Source: Frankiaceae bacterium
GTDB lineage: Bacteria > Actinomycetota > Actinomycetes > JADGOV01
DNA: 45,401 nt
Reading direction: 5' to 3'
NCBI GenBank assembly: GCA_040002735.1
Contig: JBDUDX010000074.1
Span: 1 to 45,401 of the forward strand
Each line of letters starts with the position of its first letter. Within the stretch, counting starts at the first letter, position 1. This document shows positions 24,522-33,487 of this stretch, one piece after another. Position numbers and translations under genes: made by a program. The notes below the pieces were generated by a model that saw only the letters and a list, made by a program, of their open reading frames with translations, did no database searches and was not told the DNA's origin.

Positions 24522-25049
24522 GTGGCCGAAGACCTGTACGCCACCCTGCACACCACGATGGGGGACATCGAACTTCGGCTGCTGCCCCATCACGCGCCGA
24601 AGACGGTGGCCAACTTCGTGGGGTTGGCCGAGGGAAGCCGGGAGTGGACGGACCCCCGAACCCGGGCGAATAGCAGCGCCCCGCTGTACGACGGCTCGCT
24701 GTTCCACCGGGTGATCTCCGATTTCATGATCCAGGGCGGGGACCCGCTGGGCACCGGGACGGGCGGCCCGGGCTACACCTTCGCCGACGAGTTCCACCCC
24801 GAGTTGGTCTTCGACCGGCCGTACCTGCTGGCGATGGCCAATGCGGGACCCGGTACCAACGGTTCGCAGTTCTTCATCACCCTGGCCGCTACGCCGTGGC
24901 TGAACCGGAAGCACACGATCTTCGGCGAGGTGACCTCGGGCCAGGACGTCGTGGATGCAATCGGCAAGGTGGCGACCGGGCGTACCGAGCGACCGAGTAC
25001 CGATGTTGCGGTCACCTCCGTCACCATCGATCGGCGGGCAGCGGGCTGA
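24522..25049 (+). CDS. ppiA: Cyclophilin-type peptidyl-prolyl isomerase
   Basis: APKTVANF, FHRVISDFMIQGGDP, MANAGPGTNGSQFFIT; GGAGG RBS before GTG 24522. Confidence 0.95.
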   Translation: MAEDLYATLHTTMGDIELRLLPHHAPKTVANFVGLAEGSREWTDPRTRANSSAPLYDGSLFHRVISDFMIQGGDPLGTGTGGPGYTFADEFHPELVFDRPYLLAMANAGPGTNGSQFFITLAATPWLNRKHTIFGEVTSGQDVVDAIGKVATGRTERPSTDVAVTSVTIDRRAAG

Positions 25050-25086
25050 GTAGGGCGCGCCCGCAACCCCGTCGGTCGCCCCCTCG

Positions 25087-25959
25087 ATGACGGCGAGCCC
25101 ACCGCCGACCTGCTATCGGCACAGCAACCGGGAGACGTATCTCCGTTGCTCCCGCTGTGATCGACCGATCTGCCCCGACTGCATGACACCGGCTTCGGTC
25201 GGTCAACAGTGCCCGGAATGCGTCGCCGAAGGCCGTCGAAGCACGCCAAGCGCCAGGACCGTTCTCGGCGGGCGGGTTTCGGACCGCGCCGGTCTGGTGA
25301 CCCGGATACTGATCGCGATCAACATTGCGGCTTTCCTCGCCCAGCGCTTGGTACCCGGCCTCACCGACCGTGGTGCGATGGTCCCCGGCGGGAATGTCGT
25401 GGGTCGCTTCGCCGACGGCGTGGCCGGTCAGTTTCGGGTACCCGGCGTGGCGACGGGGGAGTACTACCGACTGATCACCTCAGCGTTCCTCCATCAGGGC
25501 GTCCTGCATATCGCGTTCAACATGTTTGCCCTGTACCTCATCGGTACTCAACTCGAGGGCCTGCTCGGCACGGGGCGCTATCTGACCCTGTACTTCCTCT
25601 CGGCGCTCGGCGGCAACGTCCTGGGCTACCTGCTGGCCCCGGCGAACCAGGGCAGTGTCGGTGCGTCGGGGGCCGTGTTCGGGTTGTTCGCTGCCTTATT
25701 CATCGTCGGCCGGCGGCTATCCGCCGACGTCAGCCAGATCGCGGTGCTGATCGGGGTGAACCTGGTGATCACCTTCGTCGCGTCCGGGATCGACTGGCGG
25801 GGACACGTCGGGGGGCTGGTGACCGGGGCGGTCCTCGCCACCGCGTACGCCTACGCGCCGCGTCGGCAGCGCCATGCCGCCGCGGTCGGTGCGTCCTTGG
25901 CGGTTGCGGTGCTGCTCGGCGTGCTGGTCCTGGTACGAACCTCCGCGCTCACCAGCTAG
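25087..25959 (+). CDS. Rhomboid intramembrane serine protease with N-terminal Zn-finger
   Basis: CYRH/CSRC/CPDC/CPEC, HIAFNM, catalytic GASG and GHVGG. Confidence 0.93.
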   Translation: MTASPPPTCYRHSNRETYLRCSRCDRPICPDCMTPASVGQQCPECVAEGRRSTPSARTVLGGRVSDRAGLVTRILIAINIAAFLAQRLVPGLTDRGAMVPGGNVVGRFADGVAGQFRVPGVATGEYYRLITSAFLHQGVLHIAFNMFALYLIGTQLEGLLGTGRYLTLYFLSALGGNVLGYLLAPANQGSVGASGAVFGLFAALFIVGRRLSADVSQIAVLIGVNLVITFVASGIDWRGHVGGLVTGAVLATAYAYAPRRQRHAAAVGASLAVAVLLGVLVLVRTSALTS

Positions 25960-25963
25960 CCCA

Positions 25964-25995
25964 CTATCCCCACTGTGGATAGCCGCTGTGGGCAA
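25964..25995. promoter_or_regulatory. DnaA-box cluster outside oriC, between rhomboid and crgA
   Basis: CTATCCCCA (25964), TGTGGATAG (25974), TGTGGGCAA (25987) in a 76-bp convergent intergenic region. Confidence 0.7.
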
Positions 25996-26035
25996 ACACC
26001 ACGGCTGTCATTTGCTTCCCGTCCGCTCCGCGGGG

Positions 26036-26287
26036 TCAGCGCCACTGGGTAGACAGAGCGAAGCCGACCATGATCAGGGCGAAGCCGATCGCGAGGTTCC
26101 ACGCGCCGATCTCGCGCATACCGATGAGATCTCCGTTGGAGATGTAGTACACCGCCAGCCACAGCAGGCCCAGCACGAAGAAGATCACCATCGCGGGCGC
26201 CACCCAGCGTTGGCTCACCGCCTTCTTTCCCGATCGGGTCGGGGGCGGCGTGAACGCCTCCTTGCGACGGATGCGGGACCTCGGCAC
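26036..26287 (-). CDS. crgA: Cell division protein CrgA
   Basis: MPRSRIRRK, two TM helices, GLLWLAVYY, WNLAIGF, C-terminal TQWR. Confidence 0.93.
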   Translation of the reverse strand: MPRSRIRRKEAFTPPPTRSGKKAVSQRWVAPAMVIFFVLGLLWLAVYYISNGDLIGMREIGAWNLAIGFALIMVGFALSTQWR

Positions 26288-26420
26288 CAGAGAACTCCTC
26301 ACGCGTCGCGAATTGCGCCTGCGAACCAAGGCGGGTCGCCGGACGCGGCCAGCCTCGTTGTCGACTAGCGTAGCCGTCGGAAGTCGATCAGCCACCGTTG
26401 GAATCGAAGCCGGGAGTGCC

Positions 26421-27179
26421 GTGCGGGCCGGGCTGCACCGGATCAAGCTGTGGCGCCTGCTTGTGCCGGTGACCGCGGCGCTCGGCGGGCTGGTATTGGC
26501 CACCAGCGCGGTCACCGCGGGGGGCACCGAGTTACGGGCCGGTCCCACCCGGTTGTCCGATCTGCTGCGACAGCAGGAGCGGACGCTGGCGAGCCAGGTG
26601 GCCCAGGAGCGAGCAATGCGGGCGCTGGTCACCGAGCGGACCCGTCAGGTCGCCGTCGAGCAGCGGCCGGTGGCTATCGTACGAGCGCAGGCCGACGTGC
26701 TGGCCGGTCCGGCGGGGCTGACGCCGGTACGGGGACCTGCCGTGACCGTACGACTCGCGGATGCCCCGAGGTCGGGAGAGTTTCCGGCCGCCGGCACGCC
26801 TGCACCCGATGCACCGGCTGCCCCTCGCCCGGATGACCTCGTGGTGCACCAGCAAGACGTTCAGGGGGTGGTCAACGCGCTGTGGTCCGGCGGTGCCGAG
26901 GCCATGACCATCATGGGCAAGCGGGTGATCTCCACCACGGCCGTGCGCTGCGTCGGTAACACCCTGCTGCTGCAGAACGCGGTCTATTCGCCGCCGTTCG
27001 TGATCTCCGCGCTCGGGGATCCCGCCCGGCTGGTGGCGGCTCTCGATGCTGATCCGGACGTGTCGATCTTCCGGCAGTACGTGGCCGTGTACGGGCTGGG
27101 ATACGCGGTGAGCCGAGCAGCCCAGATGACATTTCCGGCCTACGACGGCCCGCTCGACCTCCGGTACGCCCTCCCGTGA
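26421..27179 (+). CDS. DUF881 protein (ChiZ/Rv0012-region type)
   Basis: AGLTPVRGPAVTVRLAD, LVVHQQD, VNALWSGGAEAM, RCVGNTL; start uncertain. Confidence 0.9.
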   Translation: MRAGLHRIKLWRLLVPVTAALGGLVLATSAVTAGGTELRAGPTRLSDLLRQQERTLASQVAQERAMRALVTERTRQVAVEQRPVAIVRAQADVLAGPAGLTPVRGPAVTVRLADAPRSGEFPAAGTPAPDAPAAPRPDDLVVHQQDVQGVVNALWSGGAEAMTIMGKRVISTTAVRCVGNTLLLQNAVYSPPFVISALGDPARLVAALDADPDVSIFRQYVAVYGLGYAVSRAAQMTFPAYDGPLDLRYALP

Positions 27180-27852
27180 GGAGGGCCGCCGCGGGCTTGC
27201 GGATACTCGGCGACCTGTTGATCACCGCCGGGGTGGTCATCGCCTTGTTTACCGGCTATGAGCTGTTCTACACGGGGGTCTACACCCATCAGGCGCAGTC
27301 GCAGCTGCGCCGAGAACTGACCCGCGCCTGGGCGTCGCCGTCCCGATCGCCAGCGCCCGCGGCGACCCGGTCGCCGGCGCCGAAGCTCGGGGACGGAGTG
27401 GCGCTGCTGCGGATTCCGCGCTTCGGCCCCCACTACGTGCAAGTCGTGGTCGAGAGGGGGTGCAGGTGGGGGATCTGCGAAAGGGCCCCGGACACTACCC
27501 GGGAACCGCCCTGCCCGGCCGGATCGGCAACTTCGTCGTCTCCGGGCACCGCACCACCTACGGCGCACCGTTCGGTGCCCTGGACCGGCTCCGTACCGGT
27601 GACCCGATCGTCCTGGAGACCGGCGCCGGCTGGTACATCTACCGGACCACCCGCCGGGAGATCGTGCCGCCGACGGCCGTCGACGTCACCGCGCCGGTGC
27701 CCGAGCGGCCGGGCGTACGCCCGACCCAAGCGATGCTGACGTTCACTACCTGCCACCCCCGCTACTCCGCCCGCGAGCGGCTGGTGGTCTTCGGACTGCT
27801 CCGGGACTCCCTGCCGCGGACGGGCGGCGAACCTGCGCCGCTGGCGAGCTGA
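27176..27852 (+). CDS. Class E sortase, frameshifted near 27455 (probable sequencing error)
   Basis: N-terminal TM and LRIPRFG...VVE in one frame; GPGHYPGT, SGHRTTYG, TFTTCHP and RERL (His/Cys/Arg triad) in another; extra AG in GAGAGGGGG. Confidence 0.85.
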
Positions 27853-27857
27853 GGCCG

Positions 27858-28068
27858 ATGTACGACGGGACTGGCGACGACTTCCCGGCCGATTCCGGGC
27901 GAAGCTGGCTCAGGCGTTGGTCTTGCTCGCCACCGCGGCGGCGTCCTCTTCCTCGTCGTCTTCCCCTACGCGGAACCCCGGTTACCGTAGAACCGCAGCG
28001 TGGTCACCGCGCCGTCGGCGCCGGCCTCGCCGACTCCGCCCGTCCCGTCTGCCGGAAGCTCGCCATGA
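27858..28068 (+). pseudogene. Conserved small membrane protein upstream of pabA, disrupted by two indels and an in-frame TAG
   Basis: Joined frames give MY..WRRLPGRFRAKLAQALVLLATAA.VLFLVVFPYAEPRLP*NRSVV..., resembling the actinobacterial MYxWxWRxLPG...FPxxEP small protein (recalled). Confidence 0.6.
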
Positions 28069-28715
28069 CCCGCGTACTCGTTCTGGACAACTACGACAGC
28101 TTCGTCTACAACCTCGTGCAGTACCTCGGCCAGCTCGGCGCGGAGTGCGTGGTGCGCCGCAACGACGAACTGACCACCGAGGAAGCCCTCGCCGAACCGG
28201 TCGACGGCATCCTGATCAGCCCGGGCCCCGGTACGCCCGAGTCGGCGGGCATCTCCATCGAGTTGGTCCGCGCCGCGGGCGTGGCCCGCCGGCCGCTGCT
28301 CGGCGTGTGTCTGGGCCATCAGGCGATCGGTGCCGCGTACGGGGGAGCGGTGGTACGGGCAGACGCCCTGCTGCACGGCAAGACCAGCGAGGTGGACCAC
28401 GACGGTGCCGGCGTGCTTGCCGGGTTGCCGAGGCCGTTTACGGCGACTCGTTACCACTCCCTGGTGGTGGCCGAAGGGTCTCTTCCGCCGGAGCTGGAGG
28501 TGACCGCCCGGACGCCGGACGGCACCGTGATGGCCCTACGACACCGCGAGCTGCCGCTGGAGGGGGTGCAGTTTCACCCCGAGTCGGTGCTCACCCAGTC
28601 CGGACACCGGTTGCTCGCCAACTGGTTGACCACCTGCGGCGCGGCGGAGGCGATCACCCGATCCGGTCCGCTGGTCGCCCGCGTGGAAGAGCGTCGGTCC
28701 GCCGCCGCCGGCTGA
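28065..28715 (+). CDS. pabA: Aminodeoxychorismate/anthranilate synthase component II (glutamine amidotransferase)
   Basis: LDNYDSFVYNL, ISPGPG, GVCLGHQ, RYHSL, GVQFHPES; true start ATG 28065. Confidence 0.93.
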   Translation: MTRVLVLDNYDSFVYNLVQYLGQLGAECVVRRNDELTTEEALAEPVDGILISPGPGTPESAGISIELVRAAGVARRPLLGVCLGHQAIGAAYGGAVVRADALLHGKTSEVDHDGAGVLAGLPRPFTATRYHSLVVAEGSLPPELEVTARTPDGTVMALRHRELPLEGVQFHPESVLTQSGHRLLANWLTTCGAAEAITRSGPLVARVEERRSAAAG

Positions 28716-28726
28716 GGCCGCGAAGC

Positions 28727-30523
28727 TCAGGGGGCCACCGGCGAGGAAGACGTGCCCGTGGGTACGCCGGTACTCGGCGGCGTCACCGGCGTGGTGGGAG
28801 TTTCCGACGGGGTGGGCGTGCTCGGCGTCGCCGAAGCGCTCGGCGTGGGCGTCGTCGGGGTAACGCTCGGGGTGGGGCTCGACGCCGGCTCGACGGCGAT
28901 CGTCACCGTGACCTGCGACCCGATGTCCAACGCCCGGCCGGCCGGCGGGTTCTGCCGATACACCCGGTCGGCCGTGTGTGCCCCGGTCACTACCGGCACT
29001 GAGTTCATCCCGAAGCCGGCGCTGTTGAGCGCGGCCTGTGCCTGCGCGCGGGTGAGACCGAGCACGACAGGTACCGTCCCTTTGCCGCTGGCCACGGTGA
29101 GGTTGACCTTCGTGCCAGGCCGGACCTGCCCCGGGCGCGGACTCTGTCCCAGCACCGTCCCCGCTGGCGCCCTGGACGCCTTGGGCGTCGTAACACCCAA
29201 GGCCAATTGACGGTCTTTCAACGTGGCGGTGGCGCCTTCCAGGCTGCTACCGGTCAGGTCGGGGAGGGTCACCGTACTCGGCCCGGCGGAGACCACGATG
29301 TCCACCGTGCCGCCCTTCTTGACGTCCTTATTCGCCGCCGGATCCTGATCGATCACGATGCCGGCCTTGCTGGCGCTTTGCTGCAGACGCTGATCGCCGA
29401 GTTTCAGGCCCTTGCGGGTGAGGGCCGCCTGGGCGTTGGCCACCGAGCCCCCCTTGAGGTCAGGAACCGAGACGCGCTTGCCGGCGACCAGCGAACGGGT
29501 GAGCAGCGCGGCGCCGATCAGGACGGCGAGGCACGCCACGGCGAGCAGCAGGTACCCCAGCCCCCGCCGCCGCGGCTCGGAACTCGGCGGATCGCGAAGC
29601 AGCACGGTGGTGCTCTCGGCGACCGGCGCCGAGCCGATCGCCACCGTTTGGGCGTCCATCAAGGGCGTCGCGACGACGGGGGTACCGGCCAGTGCCCGCT
29701 CGCAGTCCCGACCCATCTCCGCAGCCGATTGGTAGCGGTTCGCCGGGTTCTTTGCCATCGCTTTGAGGATGATGGCGTCCACCGCCGGCGGCAGGCCGGG
29801 AATCACCTGGGACGGCGGTACCGGGTCTTCCCGGACGTGCTGGTACGCCACCGCGACCGGCGAGTCACCGGTAAACGGCGGGGTGCCGGTGACCAACTCG
29901 TACAGCAGGCAGCCGGTGGAGTATACGTCGCTGCGGGCGTCGACCGGCTCGCCGCGAGCCTGCTCCGGAGAGAGATATTGCGCGGTACCCATCACTGCGG
30001 CGGTCTGGGTCATCGTGGCGCTGGACGCGGTGACCGCCCGGGCGATCCCGAAGTCCATCACCTTGACGGAGTTGTCGGCGGTGAGCATCACGTTGGCCGG
30101 CTTGATGTCGCGGTGCACGATGCCTTGCCGGTGGCTGTAATCCAGGGCCGGGCAGATCTTCGCCGAGATCTCCAACGCTTGCCGCCAGGGGAGCCGGCGC
30201 TCGGTGTTGAGTACGTCGCGCAGGGTCCGGCCTTCGACGTACTCCATCACGATGAACGGCACCCGTTCGGTGCCGCGGTCCTCTTCGCCGGTGTCGTACA
30301 CGGCAACGATGGACGGATGGTTGAGCGAGGCGGCGGACTGTGCCTCCCGGCGGAACCGGGCCTGGAAGCTGGGATCGCGCGCCAGGTCGGCCCGAAGCGT
30401 TTTGATCGCCACCTCGCGGCTGAGCCGGGTGTCCATCGCCCGATGAACCTCGGCCATTCCGCCGTAACCGAGGACGCCGCCCAGGGAGTAACGCTCACCA
30501 AGGAGACGCGGCTCAGTGACCAT
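28727..30523 (-). CDS. pknB: PASTA-domain Ser/Thr protein kinase PknB
   Basis: LGYGGMAEV, HRDIKPAN, DFGIAR, GTAQYLSPEQ, TM helix, three PASTA repeats, S/T/P-rich tail. Confidence 0.96.
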   Translation of the reverse strand: MVTEPRLLGERYSLGGVLGYGGMAEVHRAMDTRLSREVAIKTLRADLARDPSFQARFRREAQSAASLNHPSIVAVYDTGEEDRGTERVPFIVMEYVEGRTLRDVLNTERRLPWRQALEISAKICPALDYSHRQGIVHRDIKPANVMLTADNSVKVMDFGIARAVTASSATMTQTAAVMGTAQYLSPEQARGEPVDARSDVYSTGCLLYELVTGTPPFTGDSPVAVAYQHVREDPVPPSQVIPGLPPAVDAIILKAMAKNPANRYQSAAEMGRDCERALAGTPVVATPLMDAQTVAIGSAPVAESTTVLLRDPPSSEPRRRGLGYLLLAVACLAVLIGAALLTRSLVAGKRVSVPDLKGGSVANAQAALTRKGLKLGDQRLQQSASKAGIVIDQDPAANKDVKKGGTVDIVVSAGPSTVTLPDLTGSSLEGATATLKDRQLALGVTTPKASRAPAGTVLGQSPRPGQVRPGTKVNLTVASGKGTVPVVLGLTRAQAQAALNSAGFGMNSVPVVTGAHTADRVYRQNPPAGRALDIGSQVTVTIAVEPASSPTPSVTPTTPTPSASATPSTPTPSETPTTPVTPPSTGVPTGTSSSPVAP

Positions 30524-30598
30524 GCGGTTGCAATCCTCCTGGTCTCCGCCGGCACTCCCTTGCCAGCACGCTACCGGCCGACCTTCCGAAACTGCACA

Positions 30599-32050
30599 TC
30601 AACGGCCGAGGACTGCCTGCATCACCGAACGAGCGATCGGGGCGGCGATCGCACCTCCGGTGGCGTCCGATCCGGCCCCGCCGCCGTTCTCCACGAGTAC
30701 GGCGACCGCGACTTTCGGATTATCTGCCGGCGCGAACCCGATAAACCAAGCGTGTGGCGGCTGGCCGGCCGCATGCTGCGCGGTCCCGGTCTTGCCGGCC
30801 ACCGCGACGCCCGGGATCTGCGCGGCCCGGCCGGTGCCGGCGTCGACGACGCGGCGCATCATCGCGGTGAGCTGATCGGCTACCGCCGGCGACACCGCCC
30901 GGCTCAGCTCCTCCGGCTTGGCGACCTCCAGCGTGGAGAGGTCCGGCGCCTTCACCTGCTGGACGAGGTACGGCCGCATCAGGCTGCCGTGGTTGGCCAC
31001 CGCGGCGGCGATCATCGCGGCCTGCGTTGGCGTGATTCGGACACTGAACTGTCCGATCGCCGACTGTGCGGTTTGCGGGGCGTCCAGCCCGCTGGGGAAG
31101 ACGCTCGGCACCACGGTGAGCGGCACCCGGTAGCCCGCACCGAAACCAAACACTTCGGCCTGGCGGGCGATCGCGTCCGCACCCAGCGCGAGCCCTAGCC
31201 CGCCGAAGGCGGTGTTGCAGGAGATCTGCAGCGCGTGGCTGAGCGTATCGGTCTTGCCGTCCCCGCAGCTTTCCCCGCCGAAGTTGGTGAGGTTCTTCGT
31301 CGTCTGTGGCAGGTCGAGTGACCGCGGCGCCGGCACCCGGGTCTCCGGGGTGTACCGGCCGGAGGTGAGCGCAGCGGCGGCGGTGACCACCTTGAACAGT
31401 GATCCCGGCGGGTAGGTGTCGCTGGTCGCCCGGTTCAGCAGCGGGTTGTTCGGTTCCTTACTGAGCCGCTGGTAGGCCGCAGTGATCGACTCGCCGTTGT
31501 GCGTGGCGAGCGGATTCGGGTCGTACGACGGCGCGCTCGCCATCGCGAGCACGGCACCGCTGCGTGGATCCAATGCGACCACGGCACCCGGCCGGTTGCC
31601 GAGCCCCTCGACGGCGGCGCGCTGTGCTTGCGGGTTGAGCGTGAGTACCACCGCGCCGCCTTGCGGCTCGCGGCCGGTGACCAGGTCCGACAGGCGCTTG
31701 AGAGCGAGGCGGTCGTCGGTTCCGGAGAGCAAGGCGTTTTCGGTGCGCTCCAGCGCGGTCGCCCCGTAGACAAAGGAGTAGAACCCGGTGACGGCGGCGT
31801 ACCGGGGGCCCTCGGGATAGATGCGCTGGTATTTCAGCGCGTCGCTGGTCTTGCGGGAACGGGCGATGGTCGTGCCGCCGACCACGATCGGTCCTCGGGG
31901 GCGGGCGAATTGCTGGATGAGTACCCGGCCATTGTGCGGATCCTTCTTCAGGTTGCCGGCCTGCACCACCTGCACGAAGTTCACGTTGAGCAGCAGCAAA
32001 CCGAACCCGATCAGGACGGCGATAGCGACCCGGCGCAGCGGGGTCTTCAC
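30599..32050 (-). CDS. pbpA: Class B penicillin-binding protein PbpA
   Basis: SxxK (GSLFK), SxN (SCN), KTG motifs. Confidence 0.95.
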   Translation of the reverse strand: MKTPLRRVAIAVLIGFGLLLLNVNFVQVVQAGNLKKDPHNGRVLIQQFARPRGPIVVGGTTIARSRKTSDALKYQRIYPEGPRYAAVTGFYSFVYGATALERTENALLSGTDDRLALKRLSDLVTGREPQGGAVVLTLNPQAQRAAVEGLGNRPGAVVALDPRSGAVLAMASAPSYDPNPLATHNGESITAAYQRLSKEPNNPLLNRATSDTYPPGSLFKVVTAAAALTSGRYTPETRVPAPRSLDLPQTTKNLTNFGGESCGDGKTDTLSHALQISCNTAFGGLGLALGADAIARQAEVFGFGAGYRVPLTVVPSVFPSGLDAPQTAQSAIGQFSVRITPTQAAMIAAAVANHGSLMRPYLVQQVKAPDLSTLEVAKPEELSRAVSPAVADQLTAMMRRVVDAGTGRAAQIPGVAVAGKTGTAQHAAGQPPHAWFIGFAPADNPKVAVAVLVENGGGAGSDATGGAIAAPIARSVMQAVLGR

Positions 32051-33480
32051 GGCCGGACCACGCCGCGCAGCATCTCCGTGGGCAGCTCGCCGGAGAGCGT
32101 CGGCGGGTCACTGGGGGGCGGGGCCTGCGGCCGCCGGCCGGCGTCGCTGATCCGCAGCAGCAACGCGATCAACGCCCAGTTGGCGACCAGCGACGAGCCG
32201 CCGTAGGACATGAAGGGCAGCGTCAGACCGGTGAGGGGAATCAGCCGGGTCACTCCGCCGACCACGACGAAAACCTGCAGCGCGAAGCCGAACGCCAATC
32301 CGGTGGCGAGCAGTCGGCCGAAGTCGTCGCGGGCGGCCAGCCCGGCCTTCAACCCTCGCACGCTGATCAGCAGGAAGATCACCAGCACGGCCATCAATCC
32401 GGCCAACCCGAGCTCTTCCCCGATCGAGGTGGTGATGAAGTCAGACTTGGCGAACGGCACGATGTCCGGCCGGCCCTGGCCTAGGCCGGTACCGAAGACG
32501 CCGCCGTTCGCCAGGCCGAAGAGGCCCTGCAGCAGTTGGTAGCCGGTAGTGCTGGCGTACCGAAAGGGATGCAGCCAGACATCGACCCGGTCCCGAACAT
32601 GCCCGAAGAGGTGGTACGCCAGATAGGCGCCGCCGGCGAAGAGCAGCACGCCGAGCCCGATCCAGGAAACCTTGCGGGTGGCCACGTACAGCATCGCGAC
32701 GAAGATCCCGAAGAACAACAGCGAGGTTCCGAGGTCTCGTTCGGCGACGAGGACCGCAACGCTGGCAAGCCAGGCCACCACGACCGGCCCTAGGTCGCGG
32801 CCGCGGGGGATGTCGAGCCCCAGTACCCGTCGGCTCATCAGCGACAACAACTCCCGCTTGGCGACGAAGTAGCCGGCGAAGAAGATGATCAGCAGGATCT
32901 TGGCGACCTCGCCCGGCTGAAAGGACAAGCCGGCGATCCGGATCCAGATCCGGGCTCCGTTCACCTCACTGAACCGGGCCGGCAGTACCGCTGGGATGAG
33001 GAGCAGGACGATGCCCGCGGCCATCGCGGTGTAGGTGAAGCGCTGCAGCATCCGGTGGTCTCGGACCAGCAGCAGAGTGGCGACGAAGAGTCCGACGCCG
33101 ATCGCCGTCCACACCAATTGCAGCGGCGCATCCGACCGTGGCAGGGTGGCCCGCCCGAGTTGGCGGGCCCGGTCCGTGCTCGCCAGATCGAGTCGGTGGA
33201 TCACCACGAGTCCCAACCCGTTGAGCAGCGCTGCCAGCGGCAGCAGCAGCGGGTCCGCGTACGGCGCCAACGCCCAGAGTGCAAGGTGGGCGATCAGAAA
33301 CAGGGCGCCGAGGCCGGCCGCATAGCTCAGCGTGTCGGGTGGGACGGTCCCGCTGCGGGCGTACCCGACGTTGAGATAGGCCAGCGCGATGATCGCAACG
33401 GCGAAGATCAGCATGAGAAGTTCGGCCCAGCGGCGGCGTCGGGAGACGCCCGCCCGCAATTCCGGCGCGGCCACGGTCAC
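32047..33480 (-). CDS. rodA: SEDS-family peptidoglycan glycosyltransferase RodA
   Basis: GARIWI, FQPGEVAK, RDLGTSL, PLTGLTLPFMSYGGSS. Confidence 0.95.
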   Translation of the reverse strand: MTVAAPELRAGVSRRRRWAELLMLIFAVAIIALAYLNVGYARSGTVPPDTLSYAAGLGALFLIAHLALWALAPYADPLLLPLAALLNGLGLVVIHRLDLASTDRARQLGRATLPRSDAPLQLVWTAIGVGLFVATLLLVRDHRMLQRFTYTAMAAGIVLLLIPAVLPARFSEVNGARIWIRIAGLSFQPGEVAKILLIIFFAGYFVAKRELLSLMSRRVLGLDIPRGRDLGPVVVAWLASVAVLVAERDLGTSLLFFGIFVAMLYVATRKVSWIGLGVLLFAGGAYLAYHLFGHVRDRVDVWLHPFRYASTTGYQLLQGLFGLANGGVFGTGLGQGRPDIVPFAKSDFITTSIGEELGLAGLMAVLVIFLLISVRGLKAGLAARDDFGRLLATGLAFGFALQVFVVVGGVTRLIPLTGLTLPFMSYGGSSLVANWALIALLLRISDAGRRPQAPPPSDPPTLSGELPTEMLRGVVRP

Positions 33481-33487
33481 CGGGCGG

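Noticed and set aside
27988-27990. In-frame TAG as pyrrolysine or programmed readthrough
   Set aside because: No pyl genes in the window, and it lies in a patch with several indels; an error or a true stop is more likely
27858-28715. 285-aa PabA with an N-terminal extension or fusion
   Set aside because: The extension arises from frameshifts in the upstream small gene; the true start is ATG 28065
28740-28900. Repetitive DNA at the pknB 3' end
   Set aside because: Encodes an ordinary low-complexity Ser/Thr/Pro tail, not a discrete repeat element
29207-31198. 663-aa plus-strand ORF
   Set aside because: Antisense shadow of pknB/pbpA with no recognisable domain
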